Source: Octopus bimaculoides (taxonomy: Eukaryota). From it: a DNA stretch of 64,000 nucleotides. Positions 63,229 to 64,000 of the stretch are shown one piece after another. The notes below the pieces were generated by a model. The model had not been told where the DNA came from, did not search any database, and worked only from the letters and a program-made list of their open reading frames with translations. The position numbers were made by a program, and so were the translations under genes. The DNA is taken from positions 39,830,047 to 39,894,046 of the forward strand of contig NC_068993.1 in NCBI RefSeq assembly GCF_001194135.2, given 5' to 3'. How positions within the stretch are numbered: position 1 is the stretch's first letter; each line of letters starts with the position of its first letter.

Positions 63229-63789
63229 GAGATAGAGAGAGAGAGAGACAGAGAGAGTGAGAAAGAAAGTGAAAGAGAAAGGAGAAGAGAAATGGAGCAT
63301 TTTTAGCAAAAAGTAATTTTAAAAACTGTGCCGTGACTCTGTAGTGCACGGAATTAAATGATGGCGCGTATAGCAGATTGATATATTTACCCAGATGAAC
63401 CAAAACGTAAACACATTTTCCAGATTATATTAGGTTATTTAAATCTTTTGTTTTAGCGAGGAAATAATGATTTTGTTGTTTTAATTTCAACGGAAATGAT
63501 AATTGACAACTTTTCCTTAGTTCAATCTCTTAATAGCATGGAATTCCACTGGCCTAAATCACTGGAACGTGATAAATCGGACATAAATTTTGCAAATCTA
63601 ATCTGTGGGCAAGAAAATAATTAGCGTAGTCGTATCTTCGAGGAAGAAAAGGAAGAGAAAATATACGAACAGTAGCATTGGCAAACATTGGCGTATAGTC
63701 AGGAATGTTTATACGCGGCCCATGCTAAAGGCAGTGTCTCTACATATATATTTTACATACATACATGTGTATATCTATCTTTATATCTA

Positions 63790-63938
63790 CCCATCTATCC
63801 ATATATATATATATATATACACACACACATACATATACATATATACATATACATATACATACATATATATATATATACATATTTGCACATTTTTAGATAT
63901 ATAAATTTGCACGTACATATACCCATATACATATATGA

Positions 63939-64000
<62 letters not shown>
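63790..64000. repeat. (AT)n/(ATAC) microsatellite running off the window end
   Basis: Direct reading. Confidence 0.95.

Overview
AT-rich, microsatellite-saturated eukaryotic DNA from a gapped short-read-type assembly: 20 N-runs, about 5.5 kb in total, most flanked by (AT)n, (CT)n or (CA)n. The repeat content resembles what I recall of coleoid cephalopod (Octopus-like) genomes; this is inference, not a database result. I cannot support any intact host protein-coding gene, and nearly all long ORFs in the track are microsatellite or gap artefacts. The window reads as intronic or intergenic. Supported content: (i) four tRNA-headed SINE-like families (A-D) and one more dispersed repeat (E), in more than 30 copies; two young family C copies have 16-bp TSDs; (ii) decayed autonomous elements: an R4/Dong-clade non-LTR fragment beside (TAA)n/(TAC)n (~12405-13325, minus), a CR1-group RT fragment with its 3' tail (~46660-47421, minus), an older CR1/Jockey-like endonuclease remnant (~26770-27810, minus) and a Tc1/mariner (maT-like) transposase remnant (~49570-50390, plus); (iii) a complete 289-bp hAT/Charlie-type MITE with an 8-bp TSD (56980-57268); (iv) several small tandem duplications. 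The most interesting observations are a 3' tail shared by the CR1 LINE and SINE family B, a SINE that carries its own expanding microsatellite, close inverted SINE pairs that could be dsRNA/ADAR substrates, and a few non-repetitive islands with splice-like signals that may be exons of an unseen gene. Coordinates of decayed repeats are approximate, within tens of bp.
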